64,000 nt of DNA from Poseidonia sp. (GTDB taxonomy: Archaea; Thermoplasmatota; Poseidoniia; Poseidoniales; Poseidoniaceae), in NCBI GenBank assembly GCA_965661285.1, contig CBFIDD010000002.1:160001-224000 (forward strand). Direction: 5' to 3'. Positions 39,161 to 49,301 of this stretch are shown here, one piece after another. How positions within the stretch are numbered: the first letter of the stretch is position 1; every line of letters starts with the position of its first letter. Position numbers and translations under genes: made by a program. The notes beneath the pieces are model-generated. The model saw only the letters and a list, made by a program, of their open reading frames with translations, made no database searches and was not told the DNA's origin.

Positions 39161-41542
39161 TCAAGCTTCGGCTGAGGCCGATTCGCCACCGATGACACCG
39201 GCTCGCTTGAACAGGTAATAGATGGCGGCGCCGACGGCCACGTTGATGAGGATCAAACTGGCCATGCGGATGGCGTACCATGCACCTGAATCTGCAAAGT
39301 TTTCAATACCCATCACCGTCCGCATGCCTTCGTCATTGTACCAAAGCGAATCAACGAAAGAGAGGATGCTCGATTCCGTTCCGAAGAAGGCTTCACCCGT
39401 GAGGAGACCTGCGGCGACCATGAAGGTGCTCAACAGAATGAGGGCACGCTGCTTTTCCGCAACGGTCGTCCCCTCTTTCTCTTTCAGGGCATCAATGCGA
39501 GGTCGGAGTTTCTTGTCTTCCCAGCGGTCTCGGGCAACACCACCGATGAGCATGGGCAGCGTGTGCGGGACGTCGAGGTACATGCCCAACCCAAAGGAGG
39601 TGCCCATGCCGGTGGCCCACTCAACAAACATCCCGAGAAGGAACCCGAGGGCGAGCAGCACGAGGTCGCCCTGCCCTTCGGCGAAGATGACCGAGAAGGT
39701 TGCGAAGGCGTTGGCTTGAGGAGCGATCAGTTGAATGCGACCTTCTGCGAGTTGAATCGACAGGAAGATGGCCACACCTGCGCCAATGATGGCACCGGGC
39801 ACAACACCCATGATGTTGCCCTTCGAGATATGATAGGGGCGGTTGCCGATGTAGAGGCTGTTTTTGTAGTCCCCGATGACGGTACCCGACATGGAAATCG
39901 CTGAACCAAACACCGTGGTTCCCACAAGTCCCAACAAAACGGCGTCCTGCGTGTTCAAGGACAGGAGGTCTTGGAAGTTGAGGAACACACCGAGCAACAT
40001 CAGCAGGACGATGAACGATGTTCCCGAAACGGGTTCGATTCCGGTCTCGCCCATGACACGCACGGCGATGGCGCCGAGCATGAACGTCGTGAGAATGAGG
40101 ACCGAGGCAAACACAAGGGCTGCGAGGGGCGAAAAACCACCGATGGTGAAGATGATGATCATGGCGATGAAGGTCACGCCCATGAAGATGGGAATGTGCT
40201 TGAGGGGCCATTCGTACCAGCCCCTTCCTTCCATGTACTCCTGGCTGCCATCGCCCTTGAAGGCGGCCCCGATGTCGGTGAAAATGTTGGCAAACGTGCG
40301 CCACATCTTGGCCAGTCCAAACATGCCGCCGCCAACGATGGCGCCAATGGCGATGGTTCGCACGGTCTTTGCAAAGGCGATCATCTGCAGCGCTGCAGAG
40401 CCACCGCTGGCATAATCCTGAATGGGAATGTTCGCTTGTTGGGATGCGTCATAGATGGGCACGTTCATGAACACCGCCAAGGGGACGAGGAAGAACCAAC
40501 CAACGATGGTACCCATGTTGACCAAGAACGCCACACGGGTCTTCATGAACCAGCCGATGGCGAACATCGAAGGCGTGAGGGCGACGCCAACATAGGTGTA
40601 GGCAAAGGGGTTCCAGGCCGTCTCTTCCGACCAGTGTGTTTGCTTGAGGGAGATACCGTCAACGGTGCCCGATGGTTGGTGAATCTTCCCGTATGAGTAA
40701 AAACTTGCAAGGCCAATATCGCCGTAGTGAACGGATTGGGCAATGAAATCAAGAAGGGCCACCTTGCGGTCGTTCAACCAAATCAGGGGATATTCCACGA
40801 GGAACAAACCCACCATGGTGACCACGGTCCACACCCCGATGGTTTTGAGAGAATCGCGGGCGTGCTCAACAGCACCGGTGCTGACATCCGACGAGATATC
40901 AAGCATCTTCAACGTCGCTTCGAACCCGGGCAGTGGGAGCGGGTCTTCGACCAGCCAGACACGTCTGAAAATGATGAAGTACATCACGCCGAGGAAGCCA
41001 GCGAACATCGAAGCGACAATCCCGATGAAAGCGAGGGTAAACGCCTCACCGTCATCAAGCGTCACAAGTGGCCCGTCGGCTAAAGCGTAAGCCGGTTGAC
41101 TGGCCAGCAGGAAGATGGCGGGGAAGGTGAAGATGAAACCGGTCGAAGCGTGGGTCGCACCGGTGGTCGCCGAGGTGGCGATGTTCACTTCGGATGGCGA
41201 CCACTTCAGCGCCATACCGAGCAGGTAGGCGATGTACCATGCGGCTGAAATGGCCAAACCGAGCTTGAGGCCGATGTAGGCGGTCACACCGGAGAAAACG
41301 GCGCCGATTCCAATACCGATCATCACTTTGGGTGTGTTCCAGTGCGACACCTCAAAGGACTCTTCGAGGTTTTTTTCCTCAAGATACTGCTCCAGCACAC
41401 CGGTGTTGAGGTTGTTGTACATCTCGTCATCAAGCCAGGTCAGCGTCCCGGACTCGATGGCCTTGAGACCTTCTGGTGTGACCGGTTGTCGGTACGCTGA
41501 CTTAGAGACGGTTTTTTCATCCGATGCGTTGGAATTGGACAT
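39161..41542 (-). CDS. OPT-family oligopeptide transporter
   Basis: YIGLKLG, IFTFPA, LPLPG, GETGIEPVSG, APQANA, FGLGMYL, AAGLLTGE. Confidence 0.88.
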   Translation of the reverse strand: MSNSNASDEKTVSKSAYRQPVTPEGLKAIESGTLTWLDDEMYNNLNTGVLEQYLEEKNLEESFEVSHWNTPKVMIGIGIGAVFSGVTAYIGLKLGLAISAAWYIAYLLGMALKWSPSEVNIATSATTGATHASTGFIFTFPAIFLLASQPAYALADGPLVTLDDGEAFTLAFIGIVASMFAGFLGVMYFIIFRRVWLVEDPLPLPGFEATLKMLDISSDVSTGAVEHARDSLKTIGVWTVVTMVGLFLVEYPLIWLNDRKVALLDFIAQSVHYGDIGLASFYSYGKIHQPSGTVDGISLKQTHWSEETAWNPFAYTYVGVALTPSMFAIGWFMKTRVAFLVNMGTIVGWFFLVPLAVFMNVPIYDASQQANIPIQDYASGGSAALQMIAFAKTVRTIAIGAIVGGGMFGLAKMWRTFANIFTDIGAAFKGDGSQEYMEGRGWYEWPLKHIPIFMGVTFIAMIIIFTIGGFSPLAALVFASVLILTTFMLGAIAVRVMGETGIEPVSGTSFIVLLMLLGVFLNFQDLLSLNTQDAVLLGLVGTTVFGSAISMSGTVIGDYKNSLYIGNRPYHISKGNIMGVVPGAIIGAGVAIFLSIQLAEGRIQLIAPQANAFATFSVIFAEGQGDLVLLALGFLLGMFVEWATGMGTSFGLGMYLDVPHTLPMLIGGVARDRWEDKKLRPRIDALKEKEGTTVAEKQRALILLSTFMVAAGLLTGEAFFGTESSILSFVDSLWYNDEGMRTVMGIENFADSGAWYAIRMASLILINVAVGAAIYYLFKRAGVIGGESASAEA

Positions 41543-41611
41543 CAAAATCACCCGCGACGCGACAGCGTGCTGGTGTTCGGTTGGGAAGGCACTTCATGAC
41601 CGTTGCGATGG

Positions 41612-43405
41612 TCATGCCGTTGCTGCATCCGTTTGCCGGTTCCGCTCATCTTCAGCACGAGCAACGGCAATACCGTCCTCGACGTCGACGTTACGCAACA
41701 TGATCGCACCTGCAACGATGAGGAGCGAGATGGCGAAAATACCGACACGGGAGTCAAACCACACCGTCATGACCGAATAGATCAGCGGGCCGAGAAGAGC
41801 AGCGACTTTCCCAAAGAATCCGAAGAAGCCAAAGAATTCAGCAGAGCGAGTTTCGGGAACCATCTGTCCAAACATCGAACGTGCAAGACCTTGGGAACCG
41901 CCCAGAAGCGCACCCCCAAAGACACCCAACAGAAGGAACTGGAAGAAGACCGACATGCCCAACGGCGCCCAGACCAAAGCACGGGCCGTTTTGGGAAAGA
42001 AATCGAGCAGACCGTCGCCCAAACTGGTCGGGTGATTGACGCCCAGTCCGGTGGTGTTGGCGAATTCCCCGCCTTCTATGCTGTAAGAAAACCGGGAATC
42101 CTCCATGGTTGCTTCGAGGGCAGCCAGTGCATCTGCTGTCAGATCAACGCTGACGTTCACGGCGTTGCCGTCGCTGTCAAAGGCCCACTCAACGGCGTAA
42201 CCGCTCTTGTAATCCGTATTTTTTTGAACTGGCAGAACGGCTTCGTGCTCCAAGGCCCACTGTTGTTCATCGTCTTCAGGGAGCGCAGCGATTGGATTGA
42301 CACCCTCACGAGCGATGGCATCGTACATGCCCGTTTCTTCATTGAAGAGGTACTGCATATCGTACTCGTCGTGGTTCTCAAGTTCCAACGGAGCGAACGA
42401 GAGGGCTCCGACGATGACGAAACACCAGCAGACGAGGGAAAACTGCAGGGCGCTTTTTGTGCCCCACTTCTCTGCAAGTTTCGTAAAGCCAATCGCCGCA
42501 GGTGCTGCTACGAATTGAATGATGAGGATGGTCAGAATAAGTCCGGTCGTGGTCAAACCGAGAACAACGATGCCGAACACGCCTGAAAGGGCCGTGACCG
42601 AGTTGATACCGTCAATGAAACAGAAGTAGGCGAGCATGTAGAAGAACAGCGTTCGGAAGCTCTTAATGTCCGAGAGGGTAGCTTTGACCTCTCCAAGCGC
42701 CATCTTGGTCGATGCCACCATGCCCATCGGTTCCATCTCGTTTTCAATGTGAGGCTCGGGAACCATGCGGAACGTCATTTGGGCAAATCCAAGCCACCAG
42801 ATACCGGAGGTCGCCATGGCGAAGGGAATCACCCAGCTTTGCCCAGGAAGGCCCATGACCAAACCGAGGTGAACCACGAGCAACAGGCCACCACCGAGGT
42901 AGCCAGCAGCGAAGGCTTTGTTTGAAATGGAATCCATCTCGGATTCATCACCCATGTGAGGGAGCAGGGCGTTGTAGAATACACCCGCACCGTTCAATCC
43001 GACGTTGGCCATCATGAACATGATGAGGGCCCAAATCCAACTTGTTGAAACACCGAGGTAGGGCGAAAGCGCCAGCAGGACGCAAGAAATCGAGCCCAGG
43101 AGGGTGAGGATTTTGAGCCACCACATCTTGATCATGCGTCGGTCAGCGATAACACCAAGCGATGGGGCACAAATGGCCACGAGCAGAGCACCGATCATCA
43201 CGGCGGCCGAATACATGGCGTCGGCAGTCCATTCACTTCCGAGCAGTTTGGTGGAGATGCCGTTGGCCTCAGCGAAAAGGTAGGCGAACCAAGCCGGGAA
43301 AATGGCGGTGGTCACCGAAGTCTCAAACGCGCTTTTTCCCCAATCGTAGGCACAGTATCCACGCACACGCTGGTCCTTGTCCATCGCCACATTCGCTTCT
43401 TCCAT
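41612..43405 (-). CDS. MFS transporter (UMF1/Atg22-like)
   Basis: YDWGKSAF, FYNALLP, GYLGGG, GGSQGLARS, AEFFGFF. Confidence 0.88.
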   Translation of the reverse strand: MEEANVAMDKDQRVRGYCAYDWGKSAFETSVTTAIFPAWFAYLFAEANGISTKLLGSEWTADAMYSAAVMIGALLVAICAPSLGVIADRRMIKMWWLKILTLLGSISCVLLALSPYLGVSTSWIWALIMFMMANVGLNGAGVFYNALLPHMGDESEMDSISNKAFAAGYLGGGLLLVVHLGLVMGLPGQSWVIPFAMATSGIWWLGFAQMTFRMVPEPHIENEMEPMGMVASTKMALGEVKATLSDIKSFRTLFFYMLAYFCFIDGINSVTALSGVFGIVVLGLTTTGLILTILIIQFVAAPAAIGFTKLAEKWGTKSALQFSLVCWCFVIVGALSFAPLELENHDEYDMQYLFNEETGMYDAIAREGVNPIAALPEDDEQQWALEHEAVLPVQKNTDYKSGYAVEWAFDSDGNAVNVSVDLTADALAALEATMEDSRFSYSIEGGEFANTTGLGVNHPTSLGDGLLDFFPKTARALVWAPLGMSVFFQFLLLGVFGGALLGGSQGLARSMFGQMVPETRSAEFFGFFGFFGKVAALLGPLIYSVMTVWFDSRVGIFAISLLIVAGAIMLRNVDVEDGIAVARAEDERNRQTDAATA

Positions 43406-43491
43406 GGCGTTGCATAACGCGATGAACTTATGAATGCATACCCGTGAAAATCGAAGGGTGCTGTTGTTTCAAACCCTTGAGGTTGACCCCA

Positions 43492-43887
43492 TCAGTGGTC
43501 TCGGATAATGATGTAGCGCCCAAGGGCTTCTTGCCACATGATTTTGCCGCCGGCTTGGATGTTCATGTCGGATTCGGCCGAAGGCATGGGGAGGATCATC
43601 ATGGAGTAGTCTCGGTCGTTCATGGCGTGAACTTCCTCGCCCTCGATGTGGGTGACGGTGGCCGTTCCCTTCTCGATCATCGGGACGCTGATGGAATCGG
43701 TGACGGTTCCTACGTGGGAGATTTTCTTCCCCGTGAAGATGGATTCGAGGGACAATCGAGCCTTTGCAGAGCCGTGCTTTCCGGGCTTGGATTTGGAGAT
43801 GCTCAAAATCTTGTAGGCTTCATCGTCAACGACACAAAATCGTCCAACTTTTAGCGTTCGAATTTCTACACGGTCGGTGCCTGGCAT
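43492..43887 (-). CDS. eif5a: Translation factor aIF5A
   Basis: SKPGKHGSAKAR hypusine motif. Confidence 0.96.
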   Translation of the reverse strand: MPGTDRVEIRTLKVGRFCVVDDEAYKILSISKSKPGKHGSAKARLSLESIFTGKKISHVGTVTDSISVPMIEKGTATVTHIEGEEVHAMNDRDYSMMILPMPSAESDMNIQAGGKIMWQEALGRYIIIRDH

Positions 43888-43952
43888 GGTATCCCTCTAC
43901 AGCGCTGTCCGGGTGTTGGCTTATCACCCTTCGCCCCACTGAAATTGGAAGT

Positions 43953-44708
43953 TCACAAATCTCGTACGTCAAAGCGCTGGCCCGACTGTTCTGCGGTATG
44001 GGCCGTGATGAGCGGCATGAGCGCATGGGCTACATCATCGGGTTTGGTCAACTGTCCATCTTCATGATAGCCCACGAAATTTGAGCGGAGGGGAAAGTCT
44101 TCTACGGAGGCGGACCGAATGGTGGTCTGCATGTCGGTATCAACGATTCCAGGAGCCACCGATACGGCCGTGATGTTGTCCGCTGCTCCCTCTTCAGCAA
44201 GGCATCGCGTCCACATGTCAAGGGCTGCTTTGGCCGTGCAGTAAGCAGACCAAGAGGCGAGCGGCCTCAGGGCTGCGCCACTGGAAATGGTGGTCACTCG
44301 TGTGCGATGTTGGCCCTGAAGCGCCGGGGCGAGGGCTTGGGTCAGGTGCTGAACACCCACCACGTTCACCATCATGGAACGCGCCCAATCGGAAGCATCA
44401 GCACCGAAGAGCGGTTTGATGGGATGGATATCACCGGCGTTGTGAACGACACCGTGAATCGAGTTTTCGTGGGCGAGGATGGTTTGGGCAGCCGATGCAA
44501 CAGAGGACGACTCGCCCAAATCGCACGGTGAGGCAAACGAGTGCGGTGAATGCGCTTGGACGTCTGCGAGCGTCTGATTCAACTCAGCACTGGGCCGAGA
44601 AAGCAGAATCACGCGGACCCCCGCTCGAGCAAGTGCGAGCGACACCTCGCGCCCGATGCCCTTTGATGCTCCGGTAACCAGGTAGGTTTGACCTTCGAGG
44701 CTCCCCAC
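43953..44708 (-). CDS. Short-chain dehydrogenase/reductase
   Basis: TGASKGIG, HNAG, ISSGAA, YCTAK, PGIVDT. Confidence 0.9.
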   Translation of the reverse strand: MGSLEGQTYLVTGASKGIGREVSLALARAGVRVILLSRPSAELNQTLADVQAHSPHSFASPCDLGESSSVASAAQTILAHENSIHGVVHNAGDIHPIKPLFGADASDWARSMMVNVVGVQHLTQALAPALQGQHRTRVTTISSGAALRPLASWSAYCTAKAALDMWTRCLAEEGAADNITAVSVAPGIVDTDMQTTIRSASVEDFPLRSNFVGYHEDGQLTKPDDVAHALMPLITAHTAEQSGQRFDVRDL

Positions 44709-44717
44709 ATCATCACC

Positions 44718-45563
44718 TCAGTAGGTGTAGAACCCTTGACCGGACTTTCGCCCAAGTTTCCCTTCTTCAACCATCTGGACGAGCAACGGAGCAGGAGCAT
44801 ACTTCTCAGTGCCAAAGCCTTCGTAGAGGACATTCATGATGTGAAGGACGGTATCGTTGCCGATGAGGTCCGATAGTGCCAATGGGCCGATGGGGTGATT
44901 CATCCCGAGTTTCATGATGCCGTCGATGGCTTCTGGTTCGGCGACACCTTCCTGCAGCGTGAGGATGGCTTCGTTGATCATCGGACACAGGATACGGTTT
45001 GATACAAATCCGGGTGCATCGTTGCACGAAAGGGCGGTCTTACCCATTTTCTCAGCTGCCTCCACAACGGCGGTGTTGGTGGCCTCACTGGTGGCTGCGC
45101 CGTTGATGATTTCAACGAGTTTCATGATGGGCACCGGATTCATGAAGTGCATTCCGATGACCTTCTCCGGTCGTTGTGTGGAGGCGGCAATGGTCGTGAT
45201 GGAAATGGAAGAAGTGTTGGAGGCCAGAATGGTCTCTGGCTTGCAGAGGTTGTCGAGTTCGGTGAAAATCTCCTGCTTCAGGGAGAGAATTTCAGGAACG
45301 GCTTCCACCACAAGGTCGCAATCTGCGCACAGGCTTCGGTCGGTCCCCGTTGTGATGCGAGCAAGAGCGGCGTCAGCATCGGCTTGCGTCATGCGTTCCT
45401 TGCTCACAAGTTTTCCAAGCGAAAATTGGATGGTACCAAGGCCCTTCTCGACGTATTCGTCTTTGATGTCGATCATCACCACATCGTAGCCCGCACAAGC
45501 GGCCACCTGTGCGATACCGTTGCCCATTTGTCCTGCACCAATTACGCCAATGCTCTGAATCAT
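44718..45563 (-). CDS. 3-hydroxybutyryl-CoA dehydrogenase
   Basis: [39 protein letters not shown]; AGGTGA before ATG 45563. Confidence 0.93.
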   Translation of the reverse strand: MIQSIGVIGAGQMGNGIAQVAACAGYDVVMIDIKDEYVEKGLGTIQFSLGKLVSKERMTQADADAALARITTGTDRSLCADCDLVVEAVPEILSLKQEIFTELDNLCKPETILASNTSSISITTIAASTQRPEKVIGMHFMNPVPIMKLVEIINGAATSEATNTAVVEAAEKMGKTALSCNDAPGFVSNRILCPMINEAILTLQEGVAEPEAIDGIMKLGMNHPIGPLALSDLIGNDTVLHIMNVLYEGFGTEKYAPAPLLVQMVEEGKLGRKSGQGFYTY

Positions 45564-45668
45564 CGTCTCACCTGTAGCCAAATGCACAGCCACACCGTTC
45601 ATGAAGATGCGTATTCGTTTGGACGGCGTCGGGGAAAGAAATATCCTTGAGCACGAAATGTTGAACCC

Positions 45669-47090
45669 ATGGTGGAGATTCTATGCCCGCACTGCGATGG
45701 GGAAATTGAACTCGACGACGACGCTTCCGGTGAATTTGCGTGCCCTTATTGCGAAGGAGAATTCGAATGGAATGTAGAGCCGAAGCCAAAACGGTCCAAG
45801 CGTGGGAGGTCGTCAAGCGCTTCAAAGCAGGACAGCAGGGGTCCATCCTTCTCAGCAAGTGGGTTGAAAGTCGCACGGGAAGCGGTTCACGTCGCCATGC
45901 TGGCGTTCCTCGTGCTCTGCTTGACCGGCCCCACGATGTATGTTGTTGAGACCGAAGACGGTGTAACGCTGGCAGAATTTAGCACAACCACCTTCAAGTT
46001 TGAATCTGAGGACGAATACGAGAACTACGATACGGAATACAGCGAAGTGATGGAAGGGCTGAAGGCCCTCAAGGAAGCATGTGTCTTCGCTGGGGGCGGT
46101 GGTTGCGAGTTAATCGACGAAGCCATGAGTGGGTTCGGACGATGGAACCTCGCCAGTAATTTGTACACGTTTATGATCGGGATTTCAACCTTGCTTGTTG
46201 GCTTGTCCTTCGCAGCACGAGGTCTGGTGGGTCTTGTCGCCGGCGGACGGATGGTGACCTCGGCCAGGGGATTTGAGCGGCTCTATGGCTTCGGTCGCTT
46301 TGCTATCGTACCGGCGGGTGGATTATGGCTCCTGGCCACAGTTTTATTCATCTTCATCACGCCTTCGTTTGAAGCCACGTATGCGTTTGCTATTGATGAC
46401 ACTGAAGGCCCGGCATTGGACACCAGCTATACCTTGTTTGTGTGGCTGTCGCTGCTCATGTCAATTGTCCTAACGACCGTTGCCGTGATGTTCCTGTCAA
46501 ACATTACGGTGGAGATGCGTGAGCCAGTAGAGAATCCGCTCTATCTGGCATCCTTGGTGGCCCTCATCTCGAGCGCTTCGTGCGGTGTGGGACTGCTCGC
46601 CTCGTATTTCTTCAATTGGCTGGTGGCTGGAGAAATCTTTGGTCTTCGCCCCGGTGGCATCCACCTGAGCCTCTTTGGCGAGGGTGAAACTCTGGGCTGG
46701 ATTGAAATCTTCCAGACCGAGGGCATGAAATTCATCGCCGTGCTGGGGATGTTGTTTTTCCTCCTCGTTCTGGCCAGCGTTATCGTACAACTGGCGCATA
46801 CCGTGAGCGCCGTGGCCGTCCAACTTGACGACATGGGCTTCATTGACATGACCGCCGAACGGTACAATCTTGCGGTGCAACTTCAAGTTCCAACCGCTGC
46901 AATCGCCCTTGGCGGCGTGGTTGCGAGTTATCTTTTGGTCCAGTTAGCGTCGTTGCTGTTGCTCTCCGACCAGTTTAGCGGATTATTTCTGGACGAGATG
47001 ATTCCTCGGCCCAGCCTGCTCCTCGGCGTACTGGTGGGTGGCCTGATCGTTCAACTCCTTTCAAATCGGGCCTATCGAGAGGAGAGGTAG
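45669..47090 (+). CDS. Multi-TM membrane protein with N-terminal LysW-like zinc ribbon
   Basis: CPHC..CPYC followed by about 8 TM segments. Confidence 0.7.
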   Translation: MVEILCPHCDGEIELDDDASGEFACPYCEGEFEWNVEPKPKRSKRGRSSSASKQDSRGPSFSASGLKVAREAVHVAMLAFLVLCLTGPTMYVVETEDGVTLAEFSTTTFKFESEDEYENYDTEYSEVMEGLKALKEACVFAGGGGCELIDEAMSGFGRWNLASNLYTFMIGISTLLVGLSFAARGLVGLVAGGRMVTSARGFERLYGFGRFAIVPAGGLWLLATVLFIFITPSFEATYAFAIDDTEGPALDTSYTLFVWLSLLMSIVLTTVAVMFLSNITVEMREPVENPLYLASLVALISSASCGVGLLASYFFNWLVAGEIFGLRPGGIHLSLFGEGETLGWIEIFQTEGMKFIAVLGMLFFLLVLASVIVQLAHTVSAVAVQLDDMGFIDMTAERYNLAVQLQVPTAAIALGGVVASYLLVQLASLLLLSDQFSGLFLDEMIPRPSLLLGVLVGGLIVQLLSNRAYREER

Positions 47091-47160
47091 CCCGACTCGG
47101 ATTCGAACCGAGGTCGGCGGGACCAAAACCCACCATGATGGACCCCTACACTATCGGGCT
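47088..47160 (-). tRNA. tRNA-Gln(TTG)
   Basis: Reverse complement AGCCCGATAGTGTAGGGG..GTGGG-TTTTGGT-CCCGC..GGTTCGAATCC..TCGGGCTA; A1-U72 typical of archaeal tRNA-Gln. Confidence 0.92.
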
Positions 47161-47210
47161 GTGTAAGCCGGGCGGAGGGGTGCCGCTTTTTGTTTCTGTC
47201 GGCTTTGCCT

Positions 47211-47675
47211 TCAGCGAAGGAGGTCGTGGTCGCCCAGCGTTTTGCGGGCGCTGTCAATGAATTGATTGAGGTCGAGTTCGCTCCGTTCCATGTAGACCTT
47301 GGCCTGCAGCGCCATGTCCAACTTGTCGAGCTTTTTGACAAACACAGCCTCGGGTGTCGTTTCGTGTTCATACTCATCAAACAGCGCCACCCACTCAGGT
47401 GCAAGTTGTTCCATGGCAGCACGTTCGTCAGCCGACTTCGTCGACACATCGTCCTGAGGCGTCAGGTCGCCGACGATAACCTCGGGGAGGTCGTGGACCA
47501 AACAGAGTTTCAGCACGTGTTCAAGGTTCAGGTCCTCCGGGCAGAGTTTCAGGGCGAGAACGGCCATACCCCAGGAGTGAGCCGCAACGGATTCAGGTGC
47601 ATCCACACCGGCATTGACCCAGCCTTGACGAAGCACGTCCTTGAGCCCGAGGTAAGCCATGAGCGTGTCTCGCAT
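47211..47675 (-). CDS. HD-domain phosphohydrolase (YfbR/HDDC2-like)
   Basis: LKDVLRQGW, ESVAAHSW, VHDLPE..GD, DKLD. Confidence 0.88.
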   Translation of the reverse strand: MRDTLMAYLGLKDVLRQGWVNAGVDAPESVAAHSWGMAVLALKLCPEDLNLEHVLKLCLVHDLPEVIVGDLTPQDDVSTKSADERAAMEQLAPEWVALFDEYEHETTPEAVFVKKLDKLDMALQAKVYMERSELDLNQFIDSARKTLGDHDLLR

Positions 47676-47725
47676 GGTTGTGCTTTGAAGCGCGGGTTCA
47701 AAACCTCATCTCTCCAACAGCAATC

Positions 47726-48337
47726 ATGAGCGGACGAGCCCCAGCATGGTGGGATGAGGCACACGCCTTTTTGCTCAAGGACGAATTGTTGGGTCCCGTT
47801 GTGGAACAATACGGTCCCGACGGCATCACGAGTCGGGACGACCTGTTTCAGACGCTGGTCCGCTCCATCGTGGGCCAGCAAATCTCCGTGCTCGCCGCCG
47901 ATGCGATTTGGGGGCGCCTCGTCGACCATCTCGGCGAAGCAACACCCGAAGCGGTGTTGGCGACCGACCAGCGAAGCATCGCTGCTTGTGGTGTTACACG
48001 ACCCAAAGCAAGTTACATCTACGGCCTCGCAGAACACGCAGCGGAAATTCTCAACCAGCCTTGGGATGAGATGTCGGACGCCGCCATCATGAAGCACTTG
48101 GTGAAGTTCAGAGGGATTGGACCTTGGACGGCGGAGATGCTTCTCATGTTCCACTTCCTTCGACCCGACGTGTTCAGCCTTGGTGACATCGGCTTGATTC
48201 GGGGCACCCAACGGCTCGTGCCCGAGGCTGAAACGAAGGAAGATGTGGGTAAAATCGCCGAGCGCTGGCGCCCTTACCGGACCGCAGCGGCGTGGTATTT
48301 GTGGCGTATTCTGGACCCGGTACCCGTGGAATACTGA
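47726..48337 (+). CDS. alkA: DNA-3-methyladenine glycosylase II (HhH-GPD)
   Basis: SIVGQQIS, GIGPWTAEM, DVF..GDIG, WRPYRT. Confidence 0.9.
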   Translation: MSGRAPAWWDEAHAFLLKDELLGPVVEQYGPDGITSRDDLFQTLVRSIVGQQISVLAADAIWGRLVDHLGEATPEAVLATDQRSIAACGVTRPKASYIYGLAEHAAEILNQPWDEMSDAAIMKHLVKFRGIGPWTAEMLLMFHFLRPDVFSLGDIGLIRGTQRLVPEAETKEDVGKIAERWRPYRTAAAWYLWRILDPVPVEY

Positions 48338-48377
48338 ATGGCGAAGGTTTGACATGAAGCCACGGGGTGGTTTCCCC

Positions 48378-49301
48378 ATGGCCGAGAATCCCTACTCGCC
48401 CAGCAAGCCATCCAAATCCCTCGCTGAGCGCCTCGGCTCAACGGGAAATAAAATCGCTGAGCTGTCCAAGCAAGCAGCGAGCGCCACCAAGGAAGCGATG
48501 GCCAAAGTGGCGGACGCTGGCAAGGAGGCTGCAGCCAAGACCTCCCAAGCCGTTTCCGATGCCAAAGAGTCACGAAAGGAGAAGAAAGAAGAAAAATTGA
48601 CCCAAAAAATCGAGGAGACACGAGCCGAACTTCGCGAGGACGGTCACATCGAACTGGCTCCAGCCATGATCACCCTTCCAGAATTTGAAGAAGAGCGGAT
48701 GGCGTTGATGGCAGAAGAACACGATATCCTCGTCGACCTTGTTGACCACATGCACGCCTTGTCCACGAGAGTGGACAAACTCGAGCAAACCTATCGCGCT
48801 CTTGCCATTGAAGAAAAAGCGAAACTTTCGGAATCCTCAGTTTCCCAAGAGGAACAAACCGCCGAAACCACCTCCCAAGGGATGACCTCTGCCTTGAGTC
48901 TGCTCGGTGCTTCTCTTGTTTGGGTGGTCCTGCTCACGGGCATCGATCGCTACCTCGCCTCCAATGAGGTGATGCTGTTCTCGAGTTATCCCGCAGAAAT
49001 TCCCGTGTGGGGGTTGGGAGCCGGTTCTTGGGTGATGTTTGTCATCCACCAAATCGGTAAAGCCGCACCGTTCCTTCGCGTCTCGACACCCATGCTGATT
49101 CAAACGGGCCTCGCCGTGGGCATCACCACCGTCATGGCGCTGTTGCTTTCGGACAACACCATCTCTACGATGTCAAGCGTTTGGACGTGGGGAACGGCCA
49201 TCGCCGTGGCTGTTTTGGTCTCGTCGAGCCTTGTAGCAAGCGCATGGCGGAACACACGAAAGGTGCTGACGCCAAACGAAGAGATTGAACTCATCGATTG
49301 A
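48378..49301 (+). CDS. Hypothetical coiled-coil plus 4-TM protein
   Basis: A/K/E-rich N-terminus, hydrophobic C-terminal half. Confidence 0.7.
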   Translation: MAENPYSPSKPSKSLAERLGSTGNKIAELSKQAASATKEAMAKVADAGKEAAAKTSQAVSDAKESRKEKKEEKLTQKIEETRAELREDGHIELAPAMITLPEFEEERMALMAEEHDILVDLVDHMHALSTRVDKLEQTYRALAIEEKAKLSESSVSQEEQTAETTSQGMTSALSLLGASLVWVVLLTGIDRYLASNEVMLFSSYPAEIPVWGLGAGSWVMFVIHQIGKAAPFLRVSTPMLIQTGLAVGITTVMALLLSDNTISTMSSVWTWGTAIAVAVLVSSSLVASAWRNTRKVLTPNEEIELID

